Origin: Patescibacteria group bacterium
GTDB taxonomy: Bacteria; Patescibacteriota; Patescibacteriia; Patescibacteriales; BS150m-G62
Direction: 5' to 3'
NCBI GenBank assembly: GCA_016784175.1
Contig: JADHVC010000001.1
Span: forward strand, 5,567-69,566
Length of the DNA: 64,000 nucleotides
The position numbers and the translations under genes are program-made. Positions 1-10,455 of this stretch are shown one piece after another. The notes beneath the pieces are model-generated. The model worked only from the letters and a program-made list of their open reading frames with translations, ran no database searches and was not told the DNA's origin. How positions within the stretch are numbered: the first letter of the stretch is position 1; every line of letters starts with the position of its first letter.

Positions 1-3
1 AAA

Positions 4-537
4 TTACCTACTTGCAAAACGCCAATTATATAACTTAGTCGCCACCACATAATCATGATCCGCTCCCCGCTCACTCCACTTAACAGTAGATATAATTTCT
101 ACATACTCATTGTTGGAATTTATTTTTTCAATAATTCGCGAAAATAAAGTCGGGCTATTAGACGAAGAATCATGGGTATAAAAATTATCAACATCGATAT
201 ATAACTTTGAATTTTCATCATCAATACTACTAACCGGCTGAATATTATCTCTGCCACGATAATCAATTGCAAAAGCTTGATTAGCGTCCCCACCCTTACC
301 ATCTACAATATCTATCTTCCAGTCACTAGAATCAGGATCAAGCCAATTGTTATCACGTACATTTCGAACCAACTCAATACCCTCCTGGGCCAACTGAGCA
401 GCTACAATGCTATTCTTATTAATATCTTGCGCCTTTAAACTTTGGTGCAATAAAGACATAAGACCGAATAAGCCCATTGTTAATATATATATTGAAACTG
501 TTACTTCTATTAAACCAAAGCCTCTTTGATTATTCAT
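4..537 (-). CDS. prepilin-type N-terminal cleavage/methylation domain protein (minor pilin / pseudopilin-like)
   Basis: N-terminus MNNQRGFGLIEVTVSIYILTMGLFGL is a class III signal: G|F cleavage site, E at +5, then a hydrophobic helix. Overlaps the next pilin-like gene by 4 nt. Confidence 0.7.
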   Translation of the reverse strand: MNNQRGFGLIEVTVSIYILTMGLFGLMSLLHQSLKAQDINKNSIVAAQLAQEGIELVRNVRDNNWLDPDSSDWKIDIVDGKGGDANQAFAIDYRGRDNIQPVSSIDDENSKLYIDVDNFYTHDSSSNSPTLFSRIIEKINSNNEYVEIISTVKWSERGADHDYVVATKLYNWRFASR

Positions 538-1091
538 TGTATTACATCAATTAAGCCAATAAAATTAATATTGATTTTTTTTATTGTATTGTTCACATCT
601 TCTGTTAGAGTCAGCTCCACAGTTTGACCATAATCTCCGTTTATATATGTCCGCGGATCTGGAGGAAGAAAAATAACATCCACAGGACTTGCGATAGTCA
701 CACCAGTAATCCTAACATTTCTCGGCAAATAGGTTGTAGAATACTCTTCACCTTCATCAAAGATATAGTTGCCATTTAAATCAGCAAAAACCTTATAACT
801 GTTATCATTATTCTCGTAGTCAAAATGAACTCCCCAATTACTAAGAGGTGTAACATAGTTAAACTTTTTTGTTCCCAAGCTATAATTTTGTGCAATGCGA
901 ATTTTAGAAGCCATCTCTTCAGCTGCTGAACTTAAGTCTACTCCGACTCCGCCTTTATTATAGTTCGTAAAATACATAGTACTCATAATTCCAATAATCG
1001 AAACACTAACTAACATCTCAACCAAAGTAAAACCAGCTTGCTTATTGCAAAACTTAATAAACAACAATTGTATTTTAGCTTTTTCTTTCAT
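534..1091 (-). CDS. type IV pilin-like protein (minor pilin)
   Basis: N-terminus ...KQAGFTLVEMLVSVSIIGIMS is a prepilin leader with GFTLVE and a hydrophobic helix. Confidence 0.7.
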   Translation of the reverse strand: MKEKAKIQLLFIKFCNKQAGFTLVEMLVSVSIIGIMSTMYFTNYNKGGVGVDLSSAAEEMASKIRIAQNYSLGTKKFNYVTPLSNWGVHFDYENNDNSYKVFADLNGNYIFDEGEEYSTTYLPRNVRITGVTIASPVDVIFLPPDPRTYINGDYGQTVELTLTEDVNNTIKKININFIGLIDVIQ

Positions 1092-1122
1092 CTATTCTTA
1101 TAAACTTTATGCTCTTAAATCC

Positions 1123-2619
1123 TTAAGGACGCTTTTCCTGCCATAAAGGTAAACAAACACTAACATTTTCAACATTTGCTGAATTGTAACAATAATAGCC
1201 TTCATTATCAGTAACCTTCACAACCACATTCATGCTACCACCTTGTAAAAATTTAATTTCACTTGGCGCCATACTCATAGAAGTATTCGGTAAAGCCTGT
1301 TCAAAAGTCCACTCGTAATTACAAAAAGTATCATTACAAGTATGTTGATTGTCACCAGTTTCCGTTTTGTAATACTTTGTATTATCCGTAAAATACACAT
1401 TCTCACCAATATTCGGATATGTTGGCAACCAACTAAAGCTTGGATTTGGGAACTTATGATAATAAGTTGTAAATGTTAAATTTGGGTCAAAAGATTCTGC
1501 TAAATTTCCAGCTATATTATCTGTAACAACATGATTAAGTGCTGAGTCAGTATTAAATTGAAACCAATCTGATTCCTTTTCACGCTCATCCCAAACTTTT
1601 ATCCACCAATAATATGGCGTTCCATACTCCAACTCTGCCGTTGAACTCGCCCCACCATTTGCAAGAGCTGCCTTCAAATTAAACCTATTTGCAACCACTG
1701 TTGTCTGACAAGCAGATCCATCATATCCACCAGAGCATACCCCACCTGAATATGTACCTAAACATTTCCCTGTATCCAACACAGGAGAGCTAGTAGAATT
1801 TGTTGTATTTACAATAATTTGATAGGCCAATTCACAACCTCCAGCATCACGATCAGAAAAATCCCACTCTAAGAATGTTTGAAGCGAGCCATACCCAGAA
1901 CAGCCCTCTTCAAAACTCCAATTTGGAGCTGACAAATTTGCAAGCTCTGGTTTATTATTCACAAAATCACCAACTACTCTATAACCAATAATTAATGGGT
2001 TAGAACAGCCAGCTGGATCATCCTCGCAATTAAAACTTATCCATCCCACACCTACCTCTGAAGCAAGATCGCTATTCGTATTATTCCCATTCCAGCCATA
2101 TCCCCTAAAAAAACCAGTATCTGACTCCGCCCGAAGATTATACAAATCCGTTCCAGTACCACCATCGTGGTCAAATCTTATCCAACCAGAATCTCCAAGA
2201 CTCAATATCTTTGCCCAACCATACACCTTATTATCAATAAAATTATAACAAGCAGAACAGCTATTTTGATCATTACTATCACATGAACTTTCCTCAATAC
2301 ATCCATCAAAAAAACCAGCTGCTGAGCTATATCCATTCTCCTGAAAACTAATCCATCCCAAATTAGGCGACCAAGCATACCCCTCAAAATCACCAGTCAT
2401 TGGTTCCACATTCACTCCATAATTAACACTTCCACATGTAAAAGTATTAGTACAATTAAAACTTATCCAACCAAAATTACCTGCCCAAGCCCAACCATAA
2501 ACATTATCACTTGTATTAGCTTTAGCTACACTAAAACTAGCCAAAAACGTTAAAGCTAGTAAAAAAAATATTTTATTTATAAATAAAGTTTTCATTGTTT
2601 TAATATAATAACCCAACAT
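1123..2619 (-). CDS. secreted Cys-rich repeat protein with four G-W...GWISF repeats
   Basis: Signal peptide MKTLFINKIFFLLALTFLASFSVAKA. Four internal repeats: YGWAWAGNFGWISFNC, GYAWSPNLGWISFQ, YGWAKILSLGDSGWIRF, GYGWNGN..VGWISFNC. Many Cys. Sits between the minor pilins and pilD. Confidence 0.5.
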   Translation of the reverse strand: MLGYYIKTMKTLFINKIFFLLALTFLASFSVAKANTSDNVYGWAWAGNFGWISFNCTNTFTCGSVNYGVNVEPMTGDFEGYAWSPNLGWISFQENGYSSAAGFFDGCIEESSCDSNDQNSCSACYNFIDNKVYGWAKILSLGDSGWIRFDHDGGTGTDLYNLRAESDTGFFRGYGWNGNNTNSDLASEVGVGWISFNCEDDPAGCSNPLIIGYRVVGDFVNNKPELANLSAPNWSFEEGCSGYGSLQTFLEWDFSDRDAGGCELAYQIIVNTTNSTSSPVLDTGKCLGTYSGGVCSGGYDGSACQTTVVANRFNLKAALANGGASSTAELEYGTPYYWWIKVWDEREKESDWFQFNTDSALNHVVTDNIAGNLAESFDPNLTFTTYYHKFPNPSFSWLPTYPNIGENVYFTDNTKYYKTETGDNQHTCNDTFCNYEWTFEQALPNTSMSMAPSEIKFLQGGSMNVVVKVTDNEGYYCYNSANVENVSVCLPLWQEKRP

Positions 2620-3382
2620 ACCAATTTATAAGCTCTGAGCCCCAAAGCATCGTAATAACAGTGGAAAAAGTTAAAAAAACACCAAATGGAACCTCCGAGT
2701 CCATCTTCTTTTTTTTCATCGAGATTAAAGCAACCCCAATTATAGAACCAAGAATATACGAAATAAATAATGCCGCTAATATATTAGGCCAACCTAAGAT
2801 CATACCCATTAAAAATCCAAGCCTAATATCTCCACCCCCTATCCACCGACCACTAGAAACAATAAATTGAATTAAAAAGAAGCTCCCTCCAATTATAGCA
2901 GAAATTAACATACCCGACCAACTAGCTCCTGTTAGTAAGTTTAGCCCAAATATTAGAACAATAGCCGGCAAAGTCACTTTATCCAAAATTAAATAATATT
3001 TTAAGTCATAAATAAAAATCACCACCAATACAGCGATGATAAAAAAGTCACGGAATAGAGCAACAAACGCAACAGCATTATAATTTAAAAAGATATGATC
3101 ATGCCTTAACAAAAAGAACAGAACAAATAATGCCCCCGTAGCCAATTCGACCACAGGGTATTGCCAAGAAATAGATTTTTTACAATGTCGACATCTAGCT
3201 TTCAACCAAACATAACTTAAAACTGGCACATTGTCATACCAATCAATTTGAACCTTACATTTAGGGCACATTGATCTACCATCCACTCTCTTTTGCGCGT
3301 GCAATCGCCAAACAAAACAATTAATAAAACTTCCTATTGAAAGACCCAATATTAAAACTAACAGTATCGAAAATATAAGCAT
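2600..3382 (-). CDS. pilD: prepilin peptidase (A24 family), PilD-like
   Basis: N-terminal tetracysteine zinc-binding region: CPKCKVQIDWYDNVPVLSYVWLKARCRHCKKSISWQYPVVELATG. Polytopic membrane body. Lies in the pilus locus. Confidence 0.85.
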   Translation of the reverse strand: MLIFSILLVLILGLSIGSFINCFVWRLHAQKRVDGRSMCPKCKVQIDWYDNVPVLSYVWLKARCRHCKKSISWQYPVVELATGALFVLFFLLRHDHIFLNYNAVAFVALFRDFFIIAVLVVIFIYDLKYYLILDKVTLPAIVLIFGLNLLTGASWSGMLISAIIGGSFFLIQFIVSSGRWIGGGDIRLGFLMGMILGWPNILAALFISYILGSIIGVALISMKKKKMDSEVPFGVFLTFSTVITMLWGSELINWYVGLLY

Positions 3383-3403
3383 ACTATAATCTTACTAAAA
3401 AAA

Positions 3404-4777
3404 TTACTTACTTCCAAGCCCTTCCATATCTCCACGACTCTCATTGCCAAAAGTAACTCCGACAATCAGTACAGAGATCGGCGTATAGGTTAAAATGTTA
3501 CGCACAATAGCAGTGTAATTCAATACTGCCCAATAAGAATTTGTGAACAAATAAACCGCAAAAAATAACAATATTACCAAAAATAGATAAGCCCATGCAA
3601 AAATTAGATTCTTATCGCACATTATCTTTTTGAAATATACTAAGAATATAATAAAAAATATATACCACCAAACATTAAAACTATTTGTCAAAAAATATGC
3701 TGGCAAAATATTCTGAAATATTTCATAATGCAAGCCAAGCTCACCACCCTCATTCATGATCCCTAAATCATACTTAAACTTAAAAATCTCCCATGGCAAT
3801 GCCATCAAAAATACCACAATAAAATATCTTAATAATAGTCGACATTTCAAATCCCCTAACCTAGACATTAACATTAACATTATAAATACCGCGAAAACGA
3901 ATATTATACTTTCCGATTTAACAAAAAAAGAAATGCCATAAAAAATCGCAGATAGATACAAAAAAATCATTCTCCTTCTTTGTTGCCACATTAAGAGAAA
4001 ACCAAATCCACAAAGAATATAATAACTCAAAATTAAATCAGCATAAGCATTAAAACCATGATAAAAAAATAAAGGCATCGAGCTTAAAAAAAATACCAAA
4101 ACTAGACTATAAAATAGACTAACAAAATTAATCAACAAGCAAGAAAGCACAATAAGAGTAGCCACATAATATCCAAAAAAAATAAAATTAATATATACAT
4201 CATTATACTCACCGATTACATCATGCATCCAAAACTGTACAATTGAAACTAGCCACGGATAATTAGGATGAGATCCTCCTCCTAAATATTCAAAACTATC
4301 ACTATCTGTAAGTTCGACTCCTTGTGAAGAATACAAAAGCTTAGCCCTAAAAGCCCACATAGTAACACTATCGTAGGTTGCGACTGGACGTGAAAATGCA
4401 TTAAACGCAACCATGCTGATTTGAATAAAAATAAATAGCAACATCAATGCCTCCTTCAATCGTATTCTTTCCAACAAATGTGCAATTTTTTTTGCAACAT
4501 ATATTTTCTCATTTCGCACAAATCCTCTTTGATACATATCAGCTAAAATAACATTCTCAATCAATACTAAAAGCCAAAACCAATAAACATCTAGGTTCAA
4601 TTTAAAAAGAAATATCCAAATAAAAATTTGGATTGTAATAAAATACACTCCCACTCCATACGCCAAAGCTAAACGAAACAACAAACTAAATTTATTCTCT
4701 CGCAGAAATATACCAACAAGAAAATACCCTGGCACAAAAATCGAAATAAAAAAAATGGCTAAATTAATAATTATCAT
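3404..4777 (-). CDS. polytopic membrane protein of unknown function (possible GT-C-like partner)
   Basis: 457 aa, at least 10 predicted TM helices, no recognisable soluble domain. Overlaps the downstream GT-C gene by 14 nt, which suggests translational coupling. Confidence 0.4.
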   Translation of the reverse strand: MIIINLAIFFISIFVPGYFLVGIFLRENKFSLLFRLALAYGVGVYFITIQIFIWIFLFKLNLDVYWFWLLVLIENVILADMYQRGFVRNEKIYVAKKIAHLLERIRLKEALMLLFIFIQISMVAFNAFSRPVATYDSVTMWAFRAKLLYSSQGVELTDSDSFEYLGGGSHPNYPWLVSIVQFWMHDVIGEYNDVYINFIFFGYYVATLIVLSCLLINFVSLFYSLVLVFFLSSMPLFFYHGFNAYADLILSYYILCGFGFLLMWQQRRRMIFLYLSAIFYGISFFVKSESIIFVFAVFIMLMLMSRLGDLKCRLLLRYFIVVFLMALPWEIFKFKYDLGIMNEGGELGLHYEIFQNILPAYFLTNSFNVWWYIFFIIFLVYFKKIMCDKNLIFAWAYLFLVILLFFAVYLFTNSYWAVLNYTAIVRNILTYTPISVLIVGVTFGNESRGDMEGLGSK

Positions 4778-6269
4778 ATCTTATTGCTAAAATATTATTA
4801 CTTGGTTTAAAAATACTCACTACCTTAAGATGATATTTAGAAACCAAGAAAGCATCCTCCGGTCTTAAATAGTAAACATCATAAATATTATCTGGGCCTT
4901 TTCTAGTTATAGGGTCAATATCAAACATTCCAAATTTATATCGATAAAAACTAAGTGATGGTGCCAAAATCCAAGTAGAGCCAATCATATGAATGTTTAC
5001 TCCACTCTCCTTTAGACGCGCTATCTTCTCAACCGCTTCACGAGAATTTGCATCATAACCCCATACAAAACTTGAATTATAATTTAATGAATTTAAAAAA
5101 TGAATATAACAAAAAAATATTACCACGATCCCAATAACATTAAAAATATTTTTAACTCTAGCACGACTAGCGATAATGACCATCCACACACCTAAAAATT
5201 GCAACATAAACAAAGGCAATAAGAATATGGCCGCCCGCTCAACTAAGTATCGCGTGCCAAAAAAAATATTTTGAGCCTCAATCCCAAGTAAAATAGAAAC
5301 AATAAGCAAAAGGATCAAACCGAATTCCCTTCTGACAACAAAATATTTACCACATTTCGCCAACACCAATACAATGCCAGTCACCAATTGCATTGATAAA
5401 AAAACCCATGCGATAATCTTAATAATATCGTCTCGATAATTAATACCATATAGTGTTGCTTCAATCAGACTATTAATAGTATCGCTCCATAAATTATTTA
5501 CTCCACCAAAATAAAATTCACCAGAACCATTCATCGCAACAACAGGAAAATAGTAAATTGTTAAAAGTAGTAGCAATGAAGGAACAATTGGAAGCACGAT
5601 TTCATCCCGCACATAGACAAATTTTTGCACAATACTCTTACCACTATTTCTCAGCACCCCAGCTTCAAAGAACAACACAACAACAATACTTCCCAAGTAT
5701 ACATTTAAAAATGCCAAGTTCGACAAGGTCGAGATTGTAAGGCAAGAAAAAACAATAAACAAATATTTTCTTTTTACGCGACCATCATTTAATCCCACCC
5801 ACTTTAAAAAATATATTAAGGCCCAAATAAATGTACCAATTGCCAATGAATACCCACGAGCAAGGGAAAAAAAATCTATAACAAATGGATTTACACTTAG
5901 CAAAACTACACTTGAAAATATTAAGAAATTTTCGTTAAAAAGTTTTTTAGAAATAACAAGCACGCCAGATAAATATAATAGAGCGCCAAATAATACTGGC
6001 ACTCTAGCCACAAACTCATTCAAACCGAATATGGTTGTCGTAAACTTTATCAATAAAGTATTTAGCAAGTGATGATTAGACAAAAGCGAACCCTGAAAAT
6101 ATAAAATATCGTAAAGTGAATTTTGCACATGATACATTACAGTAACTGCCTCATCATGAGTAACTGACAAAAAAACAGAACGCATTAGTGCATACAAAAA
6201 AATTGAAAAAAGAAATAGACTCAATAATGAATCCAAAATACTAACATTTTTTAAACTCTTATAAACCAT
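4764..6269 (-). CDS. GT-C fold glycosyltransferase, ArnT/PMT-like (GT39/GT83-like)
   Basis: 501 aa polytopic protein. An acidic motif sits in the first extracytoplasmic loop (SVTHDEAVTV), typical of polyprenyl-phosphate-sugar-dependent GT-C enzymes. Confidence 0.55.
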   Translation of the reverse strand: MVYKSLKNVSILDSLLSLFLFSIFLYALMRSVFLSVTHDEAVTVMYHVQNSLYDILYFQGSLLSNHHLLNTLLIKFTTTIFGLNEFVARVPVLFGALLYLSGVLVISKKLFNENFLIFSSVVLLSVNPFVIDFFSLARGYSLAIGTFIWALIYFLKWVGLNDGRVKRKYLFIVFSCLTISTLSNLAFLNVYLGSIVVVLFFEAGVLRNSGKSIVQKFVYVRDEIVLPIVPSLLLLLTIYYFPVVAMNGSGEFYFGGVNNLWSDTINSLIEATLYGINYRDDIIKIIAWVFLSMQLVTGIVLVLAKCGKYFVVRREFGLILLLIVSILLGIEAQNIFFGTRYLVERAAIFLLPLFMLQFLGVWMVIIASRARVKNIFNVIGIVVIFFCYIHFLNSLNYNSSFVWGYDANSREAVEKIARLKESGVNIHMIGSTWILAPSLSFYRYKFGMFDIDPITRKGPDNIYDVYYLRPEDAFLVSKYHLKVVSIFKPSNNILAIRYDNY

Positions 6270-6271
6270 AT

Positions 6272-6943
6272 TTAAAGCGCATTACTACTTCTCTTAAAAA
6301 CTTCCGCACCAGAGTGAAAAGCATCTATAGTTTTAAAACCTAAAAGCTTTTCATACCCTTCAGATATTTTTTTATATAGTGAACCTTCCCGAGAAAGATA
6401 GTCCACAGGATAATACAAAACAACATATTCTGCCTCCTCTAGATTACTAGCAAAATCAAAGCTTGGGTAAAGATTGTAAACTAAGTAGGCGTAATAATCA
6501 TGAGGAGCCAATACGTAGATTCGCGAATCTAGTGGCAAGGTCCTCTTAATAAATCTCACATAACTCATAAGAGCACACCACCTCTCTCCATTGCCATGAG
6601 TATATCCAAGGTTACAAAGCCTAACTACATTCTTATGATAGCTCTGCAAATTTCTATCCACATAATCATAATTATCACGCATATCATGCGCATTATTGTA
6701 TGAGAAAATCAAATAAAGCGGAAGCCAAAAAAACAAACACACATATAGAATTGATATATTAAAATTAGTCTTGAATATTTCTATTCTCTTTTTAAACAAA
6801 ACGATAGACAATACAACAATAAAAAGCAGGATACCAATAAATAATCCAACCTCCACCTTGCCAATATATACACCCGGTATCATATTAATAGTATAAAAAG
6901 CTTCCGCCTGATTCACGAAGAATTTATCGAACATTATAAACAA
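6272..6943 (-). CDS. hypothetical membrane-anchored protein
   Basis: 223 aa. Two N-terminal TM helices then a soluble domain. Overlaps the upstream gene by 20 nt. Confidence 0.35.
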   Translation of the reverse strand: MFIMFDKFFVNQAEAFYTINMIPGVYIGKVEVGLFIGILLFIVVLSIVLFKKRIEIFKTNFNISILYVCLFFWLPLYLIFSYNNAHDMRDNYDYVDRNLQSYHKNVVRLCNLGYTHGNGERWCALMSYVRFIKRTLPLDSRIYVLAPHDYYAYLVYNLYPSFDFASNLEEAEYVVLYYPVDYLSREGSLYKKISEGYEKLLGFKTIDAFHSGAEVFKRSSNAL

Positions 6944-9362
6944 ACATATTATTAATTATATTCGGTTGCATGTCATATAATCCATTTAAATATTCAATAG
7001 TATTTCTTAATTGAACATGATAATAATACTCCGGATGAATTATAATATATTTGATATTCAACTTCTCAAAATTATCCAATGCGTCAACTTGAATATTTGA
7101 TATTTGGTTGTGAGGCATTGGTTCCTTAGGATTAATCAAATATGTCAGACCAACTAGCTGACTATAAAAACTATAATAATTATTCGGCACCCTAGAAATC
7201 CAAGCATTAATTAATTTTTTATGATGAATAGACTGATAATATTCAAGTTTAGAGGACACTGAAATATTTCCCAAAGTATAGAAGTTAGTACTTAGTGCAA
7301 ATGGCAACTCTAAGATCGAATAATCCGACTTATCCTGTGCCAATCTATAATAAAGACTTGGAATTTCTGCGTTCGATATTGGAATAGGAGCTAAAATATT
7401 TTCAAATAGAAATACACCGAAAAATAACAATGCTATACTTACCCTTATCACTTCACTCTTTATGCCACTTAATATAAATCTTAACCCAAATGCAGCTAAA
7501 ACAATCAAAGCTAAAATTACAAATATAATAAATCTAGCTGGCACTAAAATACCACTAATAAATGGAACTTTCATTGGCAATAAATATGGCAATGGCACAC
7601 TGAACTCATAATCAAACAAACTAAAAATAAATCCTTCCATATATAAATACGGACCCAACACAACCAATATATACGAAAATATAACAGTTACCCAAAAAGC
7701 GTATACCTTAATATTCTTCCTAAAAGAATTTAAAATCAAACCAACCAATGCAAGAAAGATCAAGGAATAACTCAAATATATCATAGAACCGTGAAAGCCA
7801 AGTGCTTTATAATAATCACCAACAATATCAGAAAATACAGTATGGTATTGCGAAGGCATAAAAAATGACCTGACATCTGGTGAATATAAACTAACTTGTG
7901 ACAAATTTGCTGAAGGATAAGCACCACTCAAGGCCGTTAATACAGATAAATAAATTAGTGGAGATGAAAGTATCAACCACACAACAATAAATATAATTAA
8001 TGATTTAATTTTTTGAAAATAGAATTGTCTCTCAACTATAAAATAGTAAACAATATATATCAGGGCAAATGCTAATAAACCCAACGTATAATAAAACTCA
8101 TTATATAAAGATACAGCTAAAATTATACTAGCAAAAACAGCATTTCTTACACGACTCTCGCTAAAAATTTTTAAAAAAAAGTAAATAAAAAAAGGAATAA
8201 CATAAACGCTAGTATATTGGAAATGTCCCCTTGCCTCACCCAAAACATATGAATTCAAAAAAAACATCAAACCACCGATAATTGCAACTAACTGATTTTT
8301 AACTAAATCCATAAGCAAAAAATACATTCCAAGGCCTGCAAGCACCAATGATCCCAAAAATATTATATTAAACGATATCACTGGCGAAATAACCAGTTGC
8401 AAAGGTATAGATATCAAGCCACTAAAAAATGTTAAGGTATGAAATACTAAATTAGTATCAAAGGGATAAGCTATAAAATTAACAAAATATGGATTTTGAC
8501 CCAAATCAATCAAAGCATACTTAACCCACCACTGGTTCCACAGAAACAAAAATGAATCGCCACCATCGCCAGGAATAGAAGTATCAACATTAATAATTAA
8601 GGGATATGTAGCGACTATTAATGTCAAAAAATATAAAAAAATTACCCAAGAAAGCTTTAGTTTTTTATTCTTTTTTTTTACTAATGTATTTCCTAAGCGA
8701 TGTTTAATTAAGGTTGCAATTGCAGTCAAGCCATCACGCCAACCAATCTTCTTACCCTCTTCAAAACTTCTACCATCATAATCAATTGGCAGCTCCATAA
8801 TCTCATGCCCAGCCAAAATAAATTTCGCAGTAATTTCCGGCTCAATATCAAAGCGATTAGCAACCAAATCAATATCATCTATAACACTTCTACTGAACAT
8901 TTTATAACAAGTTTCCATATCAGTTACCTTCTGGCCATACAAAAAACTTGTCAAAAAAGACAAGAACTTATTACCCACATAAGCCATAAAATACTGGGGC
9001 CTAAAACTCTTATTTAAAAACCTTGATCCATAAACAACCTTCACTTTTCCTAAAATAATTGGCTGAATCAGTTTTATAAAATCCTGGGGGTTATACTCCA
9101 AATCAGCATCTTGCACCACAACAATATCTCCACTTGCATTTTTAAAACCAGTTCTTATGGCAGCGCCTTTCCCACGATTCTTGTCTTGATAAATTATTCT
9201 ATACTTACCTTCTAACTTCGATAAAATATTTCGCGTCGAATCTGTCGAATAATCATCAACAATAATAATTTCTTTATTGATCGGCACCACCTCTACCCTT
9301 CTAATTATTTCTAAGAGGGTCTTCTCTTCATTGTAAACTGGGATTACAATACTTAATTTCAT
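6924..9362 (-). CDS. GT2 glycosyltransferase (polyprenyl-phosphate sugar synthase, DPM1/GtrB-like) fused to a large polytopic membrane domain
   Basis: N-terminus MKLSIVIPVYNEEKTLLEIIRRV...IIVDDYSTDST...VVQDADLEY is a GT-A/GT2 DxD catalytic domain of about 230 aa. It is followed by about 580 aa with many TM helices. Confidence 0.7.
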   Translation of the reverse strand: MKLSIVIPVYNEEKTLLEIIRRVEVVPINKEIIIVDDYSTDSTRNILSKLEGKYRIIYQDKNRGKGAAIRTGFKNASGDIVVVQDADLEYNPQDFIKLIQPIILGKVKVVYGSRFLNKSFRPQYFMAYVGNKFLSFLTSFLYGQKVTDMETCYKMFSRSVIDDIDLVANRFDIEPEITAKFILAGHEIMELPIDYDGRSFEEGKKIGWRDGLTAIATLIKHRLGNTLVKKKNKKLKLSWVIFLYFLTLIVATYPLIINVDTSIPGDGGDSFLFLWNQWWVKYALIDLGQNPYFVNFIAYPFDTNLVFHTLTFFSGLISIPLQLVISPVISFNIIFLGSLVLAGLGMYFLLMDLVKNQLVAIIGGLMFFLNSYVLGEARGHFQYTSVYVIPFFIYFFLKIFSESRVRNAVFASIILAVSLYNEFYYTLGLLAFALIYIVYYFIVERQFYFQKIKSLIIFIVVWLILSSPLIYLSVLTALSGAYPSANLSQVSLYSPDVRSFFMPSQYHTVFSDIVGDYYKALGFHGSMIYLSYSLIFLALVGLILNSFRKNIKVYAFWVTVIFSYILVVLGPYLYMEGFIFSLFDYEFSVPLPYLLPMKVPFISGILVPARFIIFVILALIVLAAFGLRFILSGIKSEVIRVSIALLFFGVFLFENILAPIPISNAEIPSLYYRLAQDKSDYSILELPFALSTNFYTLGNISVSSKLEYYQSIHHKKLINAWISRVPNNYYSFYSQLVGLTYLINPKEPMPHNQISNIQVDALDNFEKLNIKYIIIHPEYYYHVQLRNTIEYLNGLYDMQPNIINNMFVYNVR

Positions 9363-9570
9363 ATTTCCTTGACTACATTGAATTAATTAGCACAAAACTA
9401 TAAAACTTTAACAAAACTACATGATTATATCTTAATCTAAGAAGTAGCTTGATTATTTTCAATCTTACCTGGATTAGCTATATTTTACAAATAATATATT
9501 AACTTAACTCCAATTATGATAAAATAGAAAAAAGCTGACTATACTTTATTGTATTTTTAACAAAAAAATT

Positions 9571-10431
9571 ATGATCGAAATTCAAACCCTAAAAAAAAAG
9601 ATAGCTGGTGTAGTGATTATTTATAATCCGCCAAAAAGCTTAATATGCAATATTAATTCCTACATCAACTTTGTCGATACCTTAATTATAATTGACAACT
9701 CTCAACACAGGAATAAAGCAATAATTAATGAATTAAATCAAAATAGAAAAATCATTTACAATTTTAGCAATAAAAACATTGGAATAGCAAAGGCACTAAA
9801 CAAAGCAGCTAACATAGCAATACAAAAAAAATACAACTGGCTTCTTACAATGGATCAGGACAGTAAATTTAACCCAGGAGCACTTAACCTGATGCTTGAG
9901 TTTATACAAAAAAATAACACTGAAACTGTTGGGATAGTGGCACCCATACAAAAAAATAAACTTGAAAAATATCCAACTCACACTGCTGAGTATGAAGAAA
10001 TTCTAAGCAGCATGAACTCTGGAAACCTCATCAATCTAAATATATATAAAAAAACTGGACCATACCTCGAAAAATTATTTATAGATTATGTTGATCACGA
10101 ATATTGTCTAAAAATAAAATCTTATGGATACAAAATTATTCGAATCAATAATGCAATACTATACCACAACCTAGGTAACTTAAAAAAACATGCTTCTTTC
10201 TTAGTCACAAACCACAATGAACAAAGAAGATTTTTCATTACCTTAAATAGACTATACGTAATGAATAAATACAAAAAACAATTTCCGATTTTTTATAATA
10301 TCTGTCTACGCGCTTCAATAAGAGAGTTTGTCTTTATCATATTATTTGAAAATAGAAAATATCTTAAAATAAAAAATATTATAAAGGCAATTATCCATTA
10401 TAATAAAAATTTTAAACTTGATGCAAAATAA
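9571..10431 (+). CDS. GT2 family glycosyltransferase
   Basis: GVVIIYNPPKSLICNIN...LIIIDNSQ...LLTMDQDS is a GT-A fold with DxD motifs. It is the only plus-strand gene in the block. Confidence 0.65.
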   Translation: MIEIQTLKKKIAGVVIIYNPPKSLICNINSYINFVDTLIIIDNSQHRNKAIINELNQNRKIIYNFSNKNIGIAKALNKAANIAIQKKYNWLLTMDQDSKFNPGALNLMLEFIQKNNTETVGIVAPIQKNKLEKYPTHTAEYEEILSSMNSGNLINLNIYKKTGPYLEKLFIDYVDHEYCLKIKSYGYKIIRINNAILYHNLGNLKKHASFLVTNHNEQRRFFITLNRLYVMNKYKKQFPIFYNICLRASIREFVFIILFENRKYLKIKNIIKAIIHYNKNFKLDAK

Positions 10432-10455
10432 TGCACTCCAAAACTAAACACTCCG

